DNA of 64,000 bases from Dehalococcoidia bacterium. Its GTDB lineage: Bacteria; Chloroflexota; Dehalococcoidia; Lucifugimonadales; UBA2985. The notes beneath the pieces are model-generated. The model did not search any database. It was given only the letters and a program-made list of their open reading frames with translations, and had not been told where the DNA came from. Of this stretch, positions 37,458 to 46,773 are shown piece by piece. Within the stretch, counting starts at the first letter, position 1. Each line of letters opens with the position of its first letter. Position numbers and translations under genes: made by a program. Location: positions 33,985 to 97,984 of the forward strand of contig DAOUJC010000005.1 of the NCBI GenBank assembly GCA_034423135.1. The letters are read 5' to 3'.

Positions 37458-38660
37458 ATGAAAGGCAGATATTCGCGCCCCAGAACTATGGGGCTCTTCC
37501 TGGGCATTGTAGGGCTGATGCTTCTGGTTGTGGCAGCCTGCAGTGAGGATCCCACGGCAACTCCGCAACCAACGGCCACGCCGGTACCCACGCCAACCGA
37601 GGCCATGATGGAGCCTACCGAGGCGATGATGGAACCGACCGAGGCCGCGATGGATTCCATGGAGCCCAAGGAGGCCGTCAAGGTCTACACCTCCAACTGG
37701 ACATCGGTCGAGCTCAACACCCGCATCCCCGCCTACATCATTGAGCACGGCTATGGCTATCCGGTAGAGTACATTCCCGGCACCACGACCACCATGCTCG
37801 CCACCTTCCCGGCCGGCGAAATGGACGTCAACATGGAGCTCTGGCGCCAGAACATCTACGACTGGTACGAAGAGCAGATCGCCGCCGGGACCATCATCGA
37901 CCTGGCCGGTACGGGCGAGAGCCTTCCCAACGGCTCCAAGGGACAGATTCTGGAGCAGTCGGCTCAGGGCTTCTACGTACCACAGTACGTTGTGGACGAG
38001 AACCCCGGTCTGCAGTCTGTGTCCGACCTGCCGGAGTACTGGGAGCTGTTCGAGGACCCCGAGGATCCCGGCAAGGGCGTGATGATCAACTGCATCCTCG
38101 GCTGGAAGTGCCAGAGGATCAACAGGGCCAAGTGGCATGCCTACGGCCTGTTTGACACCTACAACGTCGCCGAGCCAGGCTCCGCAGGCGCGCTCGACGC
38201 AGCAATCAAGGGCGCCTACACGGCCGGCGACCCCGTGCTGGCCTACTACTGGGAGCCCACCACCATCGTCAACGAGCTGGACCTGTATCGGCTGGAGGAG
38301 CCCGAGTGGACCCAGGAGTGCCAGGACACCCTGAATGAGGCAACCGCCGAAGGTGTCCAGGCGCCCTTCGACACGGCAACGGAGGCATGCGCCTACCAGG
38401 TCTGGGACGTCCACAGCGCTGTCCACACCAACCTGCAGGAGCGCGCCCCCGAGGTGACGGAGTTCCTGGCCAATGTCTTCATCGGCGCCCTCAACTTGGG
38501 CGATCTGGAGATCTGGAAGGACGAGAACGACGCCGAGTGGCGGGACGTTGCGGTCTACTACCTGCAGAACAACAGGGACGTGTGGACCACCTGGATCACG
38601 GACGACAACGCGGACCAGATCATCGCCAACGTTGACGCAGCGCTCGCAGCGGAGCAGTAG
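37458..38660 (+). CDS. glycine betaine/proline-type ABC substrate-binding lipoprotein
   Basis: Lipobox VAAC, PTEAMME repeats, SNWTS, NMELWRQN, GFYVPQYV, GCILGW-like NCILGWKC, YYWEP; ATG after AGGAGG (ORF opens at 37431). Confidence 0.85.
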   Translation: MKGRYSRPRTMGLFLGIVGLMLLVVAACSEDPTATPQPTATPVPTPTEAMMEPTEAMMEPTEAAMDSMEPKEAVKVYTSNWTSVELNTRIPAYIIEHGYGYPVEYIPGTTTTMLATFPAGEMDVNMELWRQNIYDWYEEQIAAGTIIDLAGTGESLPNGSKGQILEQSAQGFYVPQYVVDENPGLQSVSDLPEYWELFEDPEDPGKGVMINCILGWKCQRINRAKWHAYGLFDTYNVAEPGSAGALDAAIKGAYTAGDPVLAYYWEPTTIVNELDLYRLEEPEWTQECQDTLNEATAEGVQAPFDTATEACAYQVWDVHSAVHTNLQERAPEVTEFLANVFIGALNLGDLEIWKDENDAEWRDVAVYYLQNNRDVWTTWITDDNADQIIANVDAALAAEQ

Positions 38661-38712
38661 GCGCGCAGCGCAGCGGAAACCGGTCGTATCCGTAACCACG
38701 GAGACGCTATGA

Positions 38713-38748
38713 GAGAGGGGGGAGCGAATGCTCCCCCCTCTCCGTTTG
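38713..38748 (+). terminator. intrinsic terminator
   Basis: 13-bp stem GAGAGGGGGGAGC-GAAT-GCTCCCCCCTCTC followed by CGTTTG. Confidence 0.65.
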
Positions 38749-38770
38749 TGCGGAAACGGCCGCCTCCACA

Positions 38771-39180
38771 GTCATTTCCAGCGAGGCGTAGCCGAGTCGA
38801 GAATTCCTGGACAAGGGATGTCCCGTCCGCTCACGCCCTTCGACAGGCTCTGGGTGAGCGGACTAACGTGACGAATGCTCGGTGAGCCGCCTCCGGCCCG
38901 CTCATGGTGAGCTCCGTCGAACCATATGAGCGGGCTGTCCCCAACCGTCATTTCGAGCGAGGCGTAGCCGAGTCGAGAAATCCTGGACACACGTGGCCTC
39001 AAGCGACTCGTCATCCAAGGCCAGGCGGCTTCGTTGGGGAGGCGAGCGGCGCACGAGCCTTCCCCCTCGATGGGGGAGAGAGGGAAAGTCCCGTCCGCTC
39101 ACGCCCTCCGACAGGCTCTGGGTGAGCGGACGCAAAAACCACCGCTCATGGTGAGCCCCGTCGAACCATATGAGCGGGCC
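38771..39180. repeat. composite REP/BIME-like repeat cluster (two ~3-unit blocks)
   Basis: GTCATTTC..GCGAGGCGTAGCCGAGTCGAGAA.TCC at 38771 and 38947; GTCCGCTCAC...GTGAGCGGAC at 38825 and 39093; CCGCTCAT...ATGAGCGG at 38896 and 39142. Confidence 0.8.
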
Positions 39181-39213
39181 TGAACTGCTCGCTAGAACAG
39201 GCCAGAGTGCGCC

Positions 39214-39585
39214 TTAGCCCAGCGCTTGCCGGGCGCTGTCCAGGTCGTAGACGGCGACCACCAGCCGCGAGTCGGTGCCCATGTACACCATGTCGATGTT
39301 GATCCCCGCGTCAGCGATTCGCCGGGCCACCTTGCCCAACTCGCCTGGGCTGTCCTTCATGTCCACGGTCAGCACCTCGCGCTCCTGCAGCACCTGAATG
39401 CCGCCGGCCTCCAGCGCACTGCGCGCCGCCTCCGCGTCCTGGACCAGCACGTGAAGCTGCGTCTTGATGCCGACCGTAGAGGAGCAGTAACCGTCGATGT
39501 TGATTCCGGACTCACCCAGCTTTTCGCCCACCTGCGCCAGCGCGCCCGGCAGGTCGTCTATGAGAACTGTAATATCGTATGCCAT
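39214..39585 (-). CDS. ACT-domain protein (two ACT repeats)
   Basis: DDLPGALAQVGEKLGESGINID and DSPGELGKVARRIADAGINID. Confidence 0.85.
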   Translation of the reverse strand: MAYDITVLIDDLPGALAQVGEKLGESGINIDGYCSSTVGIKTQLHVLVQDAEAARSALEAGGIQVLQEREVLTVDMKDSPGELGKVARRIADAGINIDMVYMGTDSRLVVAVYDLDSARQALG

Positions 39586-39654
39586 GATGCTCTCCTTTCC
39601 CGTGAGCCTTCCATACCTGTTATCTGCCCCCGCGCAGGCTGTGGCTCGTCGTCG

Positions 39655-40917
39655 TCAGGGGACGATCGTGTCAAGCCCCATGTAGGGCCTGAGTACGTCC
39701 GGCACGCTGATTGAGCCGTCTGCCTGCTGGTAGGTCTCCAATATCGCGATTAGCACCCTGGGGAGGGCCAGCCCCGAGCCGTTGAGGGTGTGCACCAGCT
39801 GCGGCCTGGCGCCCGCCTGTGGCCTGTAGCGTATGTTGGCCCTTCTGGCCTGGAAGTCGGTGCAGTTGGAGCATGAGCTGACCTCCAGCCACTCCTGGCA
39901 GCCCGGCGCCCACATCTCCAGGTCGTAGGACTCCGCGGACGGGAAGCCCATGTCCCCGGCGCACAGCCGCACCATGCGATAAGGGATGTCCAGGCGTCGG
40001 CAGACGTCCTGCGCGTCCTCCAGCAGCTTCTCCAGCTCTTGGCCCGAGGACTCCGGCTCGACCAGCTTGTACAGCTCCACCTTGTCGAACTGGTGAACGC
40101 GCTTGATGCCCCGCGTGTCCTTGCCCGCCGCGGCCTTCTCGCGGCGGAATGACGGCGTATGCGCCACGTAGTAGAGTGGAAGAGTGCCAGGCTCCAGAAT
40201 CTCGTCGCCGTGGAAGCCGGTGAGCGGAACTTCCGCCGTCGGAATGAGCCACAGGTCGTCTTCCTCGTCATGGTACAGGTTGTCGGCGAACTTCGGGAGA
40301 TTGCCGCTGCCATACATCGTGTCCCTGCGCACCAGGTAGGGCACGTAGACTTCACGATAGCCGTGCTCCTGCACATGGAGGTCGATCATCCAGGTGGTGA
40401 GAGCGCGTTGCAGCCGTGCGCCTGCGCCCGCGAGCGCGAAGAATCGCGAGCCGGACAGCTTGGCGCCGCGGGACAGGTCGATTATCCCCAGGCGCTCGCC
40501 AAGGTCCCAGTGTGGCAGCGGCTCGAAGTCGTAGGTGCGCGGCGTTCCCCACGTGCCCACGACTGTGTTGGCTGACTCGTCAGCGCCGTCCGGCACGCCG
40601 GGCAGGGGCAGGTTGGGAAGCGCCAGTAGCTCCGCCTCCAGGCCGGACTCGACCTCCTTCACGCGCTCCTCCAGGCTGCGGATGCGGTCGCCGGTGCGGC
40701 GCATCTCCTCAATCATGCCGGCGGGCCTCTCCGACATGCGGCCCATCTCGCGGCTCACGCGGTTGCGCTCGGCGCGCAGTCCCTCCAGCTCCGTGAGGAG
40801 CGAGCGCCTCTCGGCGTCCAGGGCTGCGATGGCGTCCAGGGGCGCGTGCTCGCCTCTTCGCTCAAGCGCCAGCCTGACCGCGTCCGGGTTGCTGCGAAAT
40901 AGCTCAATGCTCAGCAT
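39655..40917 (-). CDS. serS: serine--tRNA ligase
   Basis: LIPTAEVPL, FRREKAAAG, RVHQFDKVEL, EVSSCSNCTDFQARR, HTLNGSGLA. Confidence 0.97.
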   Translation of the reverse strand: MLSIELFRSNPDAVRLALERRGEHAPLDAIAALDAERRSLLTELEGLRAERNRVSREMGRMSERPAGMIEEMRRTGDRIRSLEERVKEVESGLEAELLALPNLPLPGVPDGADESANTVVGTWGTPRTYDFEPLPHWDLGERLGIIDLSRGAKLSGSRFFALAGAGARLQRALTTWMIDLHVQEHGYREVYVPYLVRRDTMYGSGNLPKFADNLYHDEEDDLWLIPTAEVPLTGFHGDEILEPGTLPLYYVAHTPSFRREKAAAGKDTRGIKRVHQFDKVELYKLVEPESSGQELEKLLEDAQDVCRRLDIPYRMVRLCAGDMGFPSAESYDLEMWAPGCQEWLEVSSCSNCTDFQARRANIRYRPQAGARPQLVHTLNGSGLALPRVLIAILETYQQADGSISVPDVLRPYMGLDTIVP

Positions 40918-40923
40918 ATCCGG

Positions 40924-42411
40924 CTACCTCTCCTTCAGCTGCGGAAACAGGACAACCTCTCGTATCGACGGCTTGCCGGTCAGCAGCATGACCAGCCGGT
41001 CGATACCCATGCCGAGTCCGCCGGTGGGTGGCATGCCGTACTCCAGGGCCAGCAGGAAGTCATCGTCCAGGCGGTCCGTGTCCTCCTCCGCGTTGGTCGC
41101 TCTGCGCAGCTCCTCCTGCTCCATGAAGCGGCTGCGCTGCTCGTCCGGGTCGTTCAGCTCACTGAAGGAGTTGGCGATCTCCATGCCTCCCGCGAAACCC
41201 TCGAACCGCTCCACTAGGGTTGGCTCTCCAGGCTTCTGCTTGGCCAGAGGCGACATCTCCACGGGGTAATCCATGAGGAACGTGGGCTGCACCAACTGAG
41301 GCTCCACGCCGGTCGACACCAGCTTGTCGATGAGCCTTCCGCGGCTGTCGCGTCCCTCCACGTGTATGCCCTTGGCCCGCATCGCCTCGGCGAGTGAGGC
41401 CGCGTCCGGGTACTGCTGGAAGTCGATGCCCGTGCAGCGCAGTGTCTCATCCCGCAGGCTAACCCTGCGCCACGGAGGCGTGAAGTCGATGGCATCATCG
41501 CCGTACGGTACCACGGCAGTCCCTAGAGCCTCGATTGCCACGCTGGACACCATCTGCTCGACCATCTCCATCACGTCGTTGTAGTCTGCGTAGGCCTCAT
41601 AGCTCTCCAGCAGGGTGAACTCCGGGTTGTGGTCCTGGTCGATTCCCTCATTGCGGAACACGCGGCCGATCTCGAACACCTTGTCCATCCCGCCGATGAT
41701 GAGACGCTTGAGATAGAGCTCCGTTGCGATGCGAAGATACAGGTCGCGGTCGAGGGCGTTGTGGTGGGTGGAAAACGGCTGTGCCATCGCGCCTGCGGCA
41801 ACGGGCACGAGCACTGGCGTCTCCACTTCTATGAAGCCGCGGCCTTCCAGAAAGCGGCGCACCGCGCCGACGATGGTGCTCCGAAGCCGAAATCCCTGAC
41901 GCACCTCCGGGCTGGCCATCAGGTCCAGGTAACGCTGCCGGTGCCGCGTTTCCACGTCGGAAAGCCCGTGCCACTTCTCCGGCGGCGGTCGCATAGACTT
42001 GGCCAGGACGGTCACCTCGGCTGCCTCGATCGTCACCTCGCCGGTGCGCGTGAGAAACAGAGGCCCGCGTGCGCCCAGGAAGTCGCCCAGGTCCAGGTCG
42101 CGGGTCAGCTCGTACTCGTCCTGCAGAACGTCCCGCCTCAGGTGCACCTGTACGTCTCCGGTGGCGTCCTGGATGTTCAGGAATGCGGCCCTGCCCATAC
42201 CCCGCAGCGACATGACACGCCCTGCAAGAGATACCGCCTCCGTACGGGCCTGCGGCCCGTCCTCGCGTTCCCGCGCCCGGAAGCAATCGACTGCCTCCCG
42301 GATAGTGTGGGTCCGCCGGTAGCTGTTGGGGAACGGCTCCGTACCTCTGCTTCTCAGGCGTCGCAGCTTCTCTCGACGGCTGAACAGGAGGTCTCCGCCT
42401 TGTCCGGCCAT
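40924..42411 (-). CDS. lysS: lysine--tRNA ligase (class II)
   Basis: PEKWHGL, RQRYLDL, LRIATELYLKRL, FRNEG, YGMPPTGGLGMGIDRL. Confidence 0.97.
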   Translation of the reverse strand: MAGQGGDLLFSRREKLRRLRSRGTEPFPNSYRRTHTIREAVDCFRAREREDGPQARTEAVSLAGRVMSLRGMGRAAFLNIQDATGDVQVHLRRDVLQDEYELTRDLDLGDFLGARGPLFLTRTGEVTIEAAEVTVLAKSMRPPPEKWHGLSDVETRHRQRYLDLMASPEVRQGFRLRSTIVGAVRRFLEGRGFIEVETPVLVPVAAGAMAQPFSTHHNALDRDLYLRIATELYLKRLIIGGMDKVFEIGRVFRNEGIDQDHNPEFTLLESYEAYADYNDVMEMVEQMVSSVAIEALGTAVVPYGDDAIDFTPPWRRVSLRDETLRCTGIDFQQYPDAASLAEAMRAKGIHVEGRDSRGRLIDKLVSTGVEPQLVQPTFLMDYPVEMSPLAKQKPGEPTLVERFEGFAGGMEIANSFSELNDPDEQRSRFMEQEELRRATNAEEDTDRLDDDFLLALEYGMPPTGGLGMGIDRLVMLLTGKPSIREVVLFPQLKER

Positions 42412-42437
42412 GGCGTGTGGTGTATCCCGCTCGACGG

Positions 42438-42908
42438 CTAGCTTATGCTCGATATGGTCAGCGTTACGGTGCCGGCGGGGGTTTTGACCTCCACCTCATC
42501 GCCGACGCGCTTGTTCAGGAGGGCTTTGCCCACGGGAGACTCGTTGGAGATCCGTCCCTGCGCCGGGTCCGCCTCCGGGCTGCCCACAATCGTGTACTCT
42601 TCCTCGTTGCCGTTCTGGTTCAGCAGGGTAACGCGGCCGCCCATCTTCACCTCGCCGGAGAGCGCGGCCACTTCGCCGATGATGATCGCGCCGCCGGTGA
42701 TGCGCTCCAGCGTGAGAATGCGGCCCTCCACAAAGGCCTGCTCGTTCTTGGAATCGTCGTACTCCGCGTTGTCCACCGTGCCGCCCAGCTCCGTGGCCTT
42801 CTGGATCCGCTCCGCGACGCGCTGTCGCCGGACGGTGCGCAACTCCTCAAGCTCCGCCTCCAGCCTGGTCAGCCCCTCCCTGGTGAGATAGCTCTCTCTA
42901 CCTGGCAC
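42438..42908 (-). CDS. greA: transcription elongation factor GreA
   Basis: YLTREG, DNAEYDDSKNEQ, ISNESPVGKALL. Confidence 0.95.
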   Translation of the reverse strand: MPGRESYLTREGLTRLEAELEELRTVRRQRVAERIQKATELGGTVDNAEYDDSKNEQAFVEGRILTLERITGGAIIIGEVAALSGEVKMGGRVTLLNQNGNEEEYTIVGSPEADPAQGRISNESPVGKALLNKRVGDEVEVKTPAGTVTLTISSIS

Positions 42909-43103
42909 GGCTCCCCTCCGAAACGCAAAAAGTGAGAGAGGAACCGCGGGTTCCCCTCAACTGCGTGCTATTGTAAGGCCCATGCGGGCGGCTGTAAAGC
43001 GTTCTCACCTTGCCCGCTGCTGCACTGGTGCGACCTCAACCCGGCAGCCCGCGCATTGTGCTCACCGCGAGGGCGACTGTAGAATTGGCGAGATGAGTAG
43101 CGA

Positions 43104-43973
43104 ATGGGCTGCGATGCGGGGCAGGTCGTGACACGCGTGACCGAGTGCACCGGCCGGGGCGGGCCTGTCTTCATCTGCGACTTCTCGCCGCCGCGCGGGC
43201 CGGACCCAGCACTCCTGGACGGCGCACGCCTGCTGGACGCCGAATTCCTGTCCGTGGCTTACAGCCCCGGAGGTTCCGTGAGAGCCAACTCCGCCATGAC
43301 GGCGCATGCCATCAGCCAGCGATTCGGCAAGCAGGTTGTGTTCACCATCGCCACCAGGGACATGAACAGGCTGGCCGTTCAGAGCCACCTGCTGGGCGCC
43401 GCGCTGCTGGGCCTCGAAAACGTGATCGTGCTCGCGGGAGACGGATCTCCGGCAAGCCCGGGGGGAGACGGATTCCGCACCACGGAGCTCATCAGCGCCA
43501 TCAAGGACATGAACCGCGGCGTGGACTACCGAGAACTGCCCCTGCGCTCGCCCACCTCTTTCTGCGTGGGCGCTGTAGCTGACCCCGGCGGTGACATCGC
43601 AAAGGAGGCAGCGCTGGCGCATCGCAAGGTGACGGCGGGAGCGGACTTTCTGGTCACGCAGCCGGTCTTCGAGCCTGCGCGGGTTGCGGAGTTCCTCTCG
43701 TGCTACCGCGACGTTGCCGGAGAGGAGCCGTCCTGCCCTCTGTTTGTGGGGCTGCAGGTGCCGGCGAAGGGAGGCCTGTCGTTCAGCGAGATGCCGGAAG
43801 ACTTGCAGCGACAGTTGGACGCCGGTCGGCCTGGCGAGGAGATAGCAATCGAGCTTGGGCGCCGCCTCATGGCCGTGGGACACGACCGCATCTACCTAGT
43901 GCCGCCTGTCTTGCCCCGCGGCCTGCGCGACTACGCGGCGGCGCAGCGTGTGATTGAGGCATTCCAGCGGTAG
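43104..43973 (+). CDS. methylenetetrahydrofolate reductase-family protein
   Basis: DFSPP, TRDMNRLAVQSHLLGAALLGLENVIVLAGD, KVTAGADFLVTQPVF. Confidence 0.8.
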   Translation: MGCDAGQVVTRVTECTGRGGPVFICDFSPPRGPDPALLDGARLLDAEFLSVAYSPGGSVRANSAMTAHAISQRFGKQVVFTIATRDMNRLAVQSHLLGAALLGLENVIVLAGDGSPASPGGDGFRTTELISAIKDMNRGVDYRELPLRSPTSFCVGAVADPGGDIAKEAALAHRKVTAGADFLVTQPVFEPARVAEFLSCYRDVAGEEPSCPLFVGLQVPAKGGLSFSEMPEDLQRQLDAGRPGEEIAIELGRRLMAVGHDRIYLVPPVLPRGLRDYAAAQRVIEAFQR

Positions 43974-44008
43974 CCAGCCGCCCGCTGGAGTGCGACACTA
44001 CCTCGACC

Positions 44009-44157
44009 GTCATTCCGAGCCACAAGGCGAGGAATCCAGGACGTTCGCATGCCTCCGTCTTTAGGAGCGAGGAGACTGGTCCGGTTCCGGGGATGGGTGG
44101 GTTGAGCCGGCGAAGGCTTTGGATTCTTCGACTCCGCTACGCTCCGCTCAGAATGAC
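44009..44157. repeat. inverted pair of REP-like elements (family B)
   Basis: GTCATTCCGAGCC..GCGAGGAATCC (44009-44037) and GGATTCTTCGACTCCGCTACGCTCCGCTCAGAATGAC (44121-44157), the latter the reverse complement of the 38947 type. Confidence 0.7.
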
Positions 44158-44325
44158 AGGTAAAGTGGACTTGCCGCGGGCATGTCTCAATTGGGGTGTA
44201 GCTCCCGCAGCTGAGAGCGCAAGAAGTTGGATGTGCCCCACATTCTCAGCTTTGCCCCTGCAATGGCCGTGTGCTAAACTGTGTCTTGTTCCTGAAGTGA
44301 GCGCCATATTCGGCATGGTGCATAG

Positions 44326-44940
44326 TTGAACTGGCTTGACGTAGCCATCCTATTCCTGCTGGGAATCAGCATTCTGCTGGGTTGGAGGACCGGGCTCTTC
44401 AATGCCGCCTTCCTCGCGGCAGGCGCAGCCGCCGGCGTATTCGTGGCCGGCCACATCAGCGACGACGTCTCTGAGCTGTTCACAGACTCGCTGTTCAGCG
44501 ACACGCTCGCAACGGTCATCGCATACGCCGCCATAACTACGGTCGTTTTCATTGCGGTGCAGGCGCTTCGAGGGCTTCTCAAGGGGCCGCTCGACAGGAT
44601 AATGAACTTGGTCTCGATTCACTGGATGGACAATCTGAGCGGCACCGTCCTCGGAGTTGTGCTGGGGCTTGCGCTCACAGGCGGCCTGATCGCCATGATG
44701 GCCAGACTGGCCAGCGATCTGCCGAAGGAGATCGAGGTGATAGACTTGGAGGGCATAGACAGGACTGAGCTCCAGGCGGGGCTAAACGACTCGCTGACGG
44801 AGTCCGCACTGGTCCCCGCCTACCTGGAGGCGCGCCGCTCCATCCCCGGCGAGGCGATGGGTTTCGTTCCGGACGACTTCGACGTTGCGCTGGACATCCT
44901 GGAGGCCCAGATCGATGGCGGCGGCCGGGAGGGTTCATGA
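44326..44940 (+). CDS. CvpA-family membrane protein
   Basis: MNWLDVAILFLLGISILLGWRTG, MDNLSGTVLG. Confidence 0.8.
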   Translation: MNWLDVAILFLLGISILLGWRTGLFNAAFLAAGAAAGVFVAGHISDDVSELFTDSLFSDTLATVIAYAAITTVVFIAVQALRGLLKGPLDRIMNLVSIHWMDNLSGTVLGVVLGLALTGGLIAMMARLASDLPKEIEVIDLEGIDRTELQAGLNDSLTESALVPAYLEARRSIPGEAMGFVPDDFDVALDILEAQIDGGGREGS

Positions 44941-45524
44941 ACGGCTCATCGTCGACCGGCGCGCCAGTCCTGGTCCTAAACCAGAACTACCAGCCGCTCA
45001 ACGTGTGCACTGTGCGCCGCGCCGTAGTCCTGCTTGACGTGGGCAAGGCCGAGCTTCTGCAGGACGGCCACGGCAGGCTGCGAACAACTGCCACCTCGTT
45101 CCCGCTGCCGTCCGTGATACGGCTTGTGTACCTCATACGCAGGCCGCTGCTCCAGCGCCGCCTGTCCCGGCGCGAGGTCTTCCTGCGCGACAACTACACG
45201 TGCCTGTACTGCGGCCGCGAGACCCGCCAGCTCACGCTCGACCACGTGATTCCGAGGTATCGCGGCGGCGCCCATACGTGGGAGAACGTGGTAAGCGCCT
45301 GCATGGCCTGCAACCACCGCAAGGCGGGGCGCACGCCCCAGGAGGCGGGCATGAACCTGCCCGGCGAGATCCGCCCGCCGAAGCCGAACCCGTACGCCAT
45401 CTTCGCGCACGGGCCGATTCGCGAGGAGTGGTTGAACTACGTGCCGTGGCTCAGCGACCTCCGGCCCGGCGCGGCTGCAAGAGCGGTCAGGTCACCTGTG
45501 GTGAGTCCGGATCAGCCTTCCTGA
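44937..45524 (+). CDS. HNH endonuclease
   Basis: VLVLNQNYQPL, RDNYTCLYCG, TLDHVIPRYRGG, WENVVSACMACNHRK. Confidence 0.9.
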   Translation: MNGSSSTGAPVLVLNQNYQPLNVCTVRRAVVLLDVGKAELLQDGHGRLRTTATSFPLPSVIRLVYLIRRPLLQRRLSRREVFLRDNYTCLYCGRETRQLTLDHVIPRYRGGAHTWENVVSACMACNHRKAGRTPQEAGMNLPGEIRPPKPNPYAIFAHGPIREEWLNYVPWLSDLRPGAAARAVRSPVVSPDQPS

Positions 45525-45714
45525 TCACGCTCCCAAAGGGGCCGCGAGCCTCGCTGTACGCCACCTGCTCCGGGCCGATCACCACCTGCGCGGTCTCCTC
45601 GCCTCGCTCGGTCTCCACCACGACGCTGTCCAGAAGCTCCACATCGATGTCGCCAGAATCCACGTAGCGGACCCGGTGCTCGGATTGAAGCCTGACGCCT
45701 ATCAGCATGGTCAC
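45487..45714 (-). CDS. short PSP1/RicT(YaaT) N-terminal-like protein
   Basis: IGVRL...VVVETERGEETAQV...VIRKA directly after holB; only 75 aa. Confidence 0.6.
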   Translation of the reverse strand: MTMLIGVRLQSEHRVRYVDSGDIDVELLDSVVVETERGEETAQVVIGPEQVAYSEARGPFGSVIRKADPDSPQVT

Positions 45715-46746
45715 TCAAACCGCCTTTCCATGCGCCTCCGCCGGTCGGCGGGGGAACCCGAACATCATCACCTCCAGCGCCAGCCTCGGGTTGACGTTGG
45801 CCTCCAGGTGGCCGACAGCCTCCCGAATGCGGCCCACGGCCTCGACCGCCTGATGCGAGGCGACCCACTCTGCGTGACGCCGCAGCGACTCCAGCGCCGG
45901 CGTGTTCGACACCAGCGCCTCGCCGCCCTCCTTGAGCGCCAGCAGGTCGCGCCACCAGCCCAGCGCCGTCCTGAGCCGCGCAAGCGCCCTCTCCCTGTCC
46001 CTGGAGTAGAGGCCCGCCGTCTCTTCGGCGAATGCAAACCGCCCTTCCAGGCCCTCGTCGAGGAGCGAGGCCACGCGCTCAAGCTCGTCAGCGTACTCCT
46101 GCAACACCTCGGGACGCTCGGCGGCTTCCATCGCCCAGCCGATGCTGCCACCCGACAGCTTGGCCAGAGACTCGGCCTCGTCCTGCGTCACATTGCGAGA
46201 ACGGACTAGCTCACCCGCGATGGTCTCGACCGGCAGCCGGCCAAGCTCCACTCGCTGGCAGCGCGAGCGGATGGTGGGCAGGACAGCGCCCTCGTCGGTG
46301 GCGATGAGCAGCAGCAGCACGGACTCAGGAGGCTCCTCCAGCAGCTTTAGCAGTGCGTTGGAGGCCTCCTGGCTGAGCGCGGGCGCATCCGGGAAGATAA
46401 ACACGCGGCGGCGTCCCTCGAACGGCTTGAGCGCCGCGGCCCGCTGCGCCTCACGCACCTGGTCGATGCCTATCTCGCGCCGCGTGGGCGACTGTGCGGA
46501 TGATAGGTCTATCGTCTGCACGTCCGGGTGCTGCCCCGCCGCGATGCGCACGCACTGGGAGCACTCGTCGCACGGCCGCTCGCCGGTGTCTGAGATGCAG
46601 TTCACGCCCTGCGCCAGTAGCATTGCTAGCGTGGTCTTGCCCACTCTCGGCGGCCCCACGAACAGGTACGCATGCGCCAGCTTCTCCTGCTGCAGGCTCC
46701 TGGAGAGGAGCGAGACGGCCTCGTCGTGACCCGCGATTCGCCACAT
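45715..46746 (-). CDS. holB: DNA polymerase III delta' subunit
   Basis: HAYLFVGPPRVGK, CDECSQC, HPDV, ASNALLKLLEEPP, TIRSRC. Confidence 0.93.
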   Translation of the reverse strand: MWRIAGHDEAVSLLSRSLQQEKLAHAYLFVGPPRVGKTTLAMLLAQGVNCISDTGERPCDECSQCVRIAAGQHPDVQTIDLSSAQSPTRREIGIDQVREAQRAAALKPFEGRRRVFIFPDAPALSQEASNALLKLLEEPPESVLLLLIATDEGAVLPTIRSRCQRVELGRLPVETIAGELVRSRNVTQDEAESLAKLSGGSIGWAMEAAERPEVLQEYADELERVASLLDEGLEGRFAFAEETAGLYSRDRERALARLRTALGWWRDLLALKEGGEALVSNTPALESLRRHAEWVASHQAVEAVGRIREAVGHLEANVNPRLALEVMMFGFPRRPAEAHGKAV

Positions 46747-46773
46747 GGTTCGGCAGTCAGCCCGCCCGCACCT

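Noticed and set aside
38771-39180. Possible CRISPR array or RNase P RNA (GGGAAAGTCC at ~39082)
   Set aside because: Repeats are long hairpins in mixed orientation without regular unique spacers or cas genes; the other conserved RNase P motifs are absent
44194-44260. GGGGTGTAGCTC...GAGAGCGC resembling a tRNA 5' end
   Set aside because: No T-arm (GGTTCGA) or acceptor 3' strand; better explained as a local hairpin (AGCTGAGA/TCTCAGCT)
44937-45524. HNH nuclease as a defence or homing element
   Set aside because: It matches the widespread chromosomal VLVLN...HNH type, has host-like GC and is coupled to cvpA
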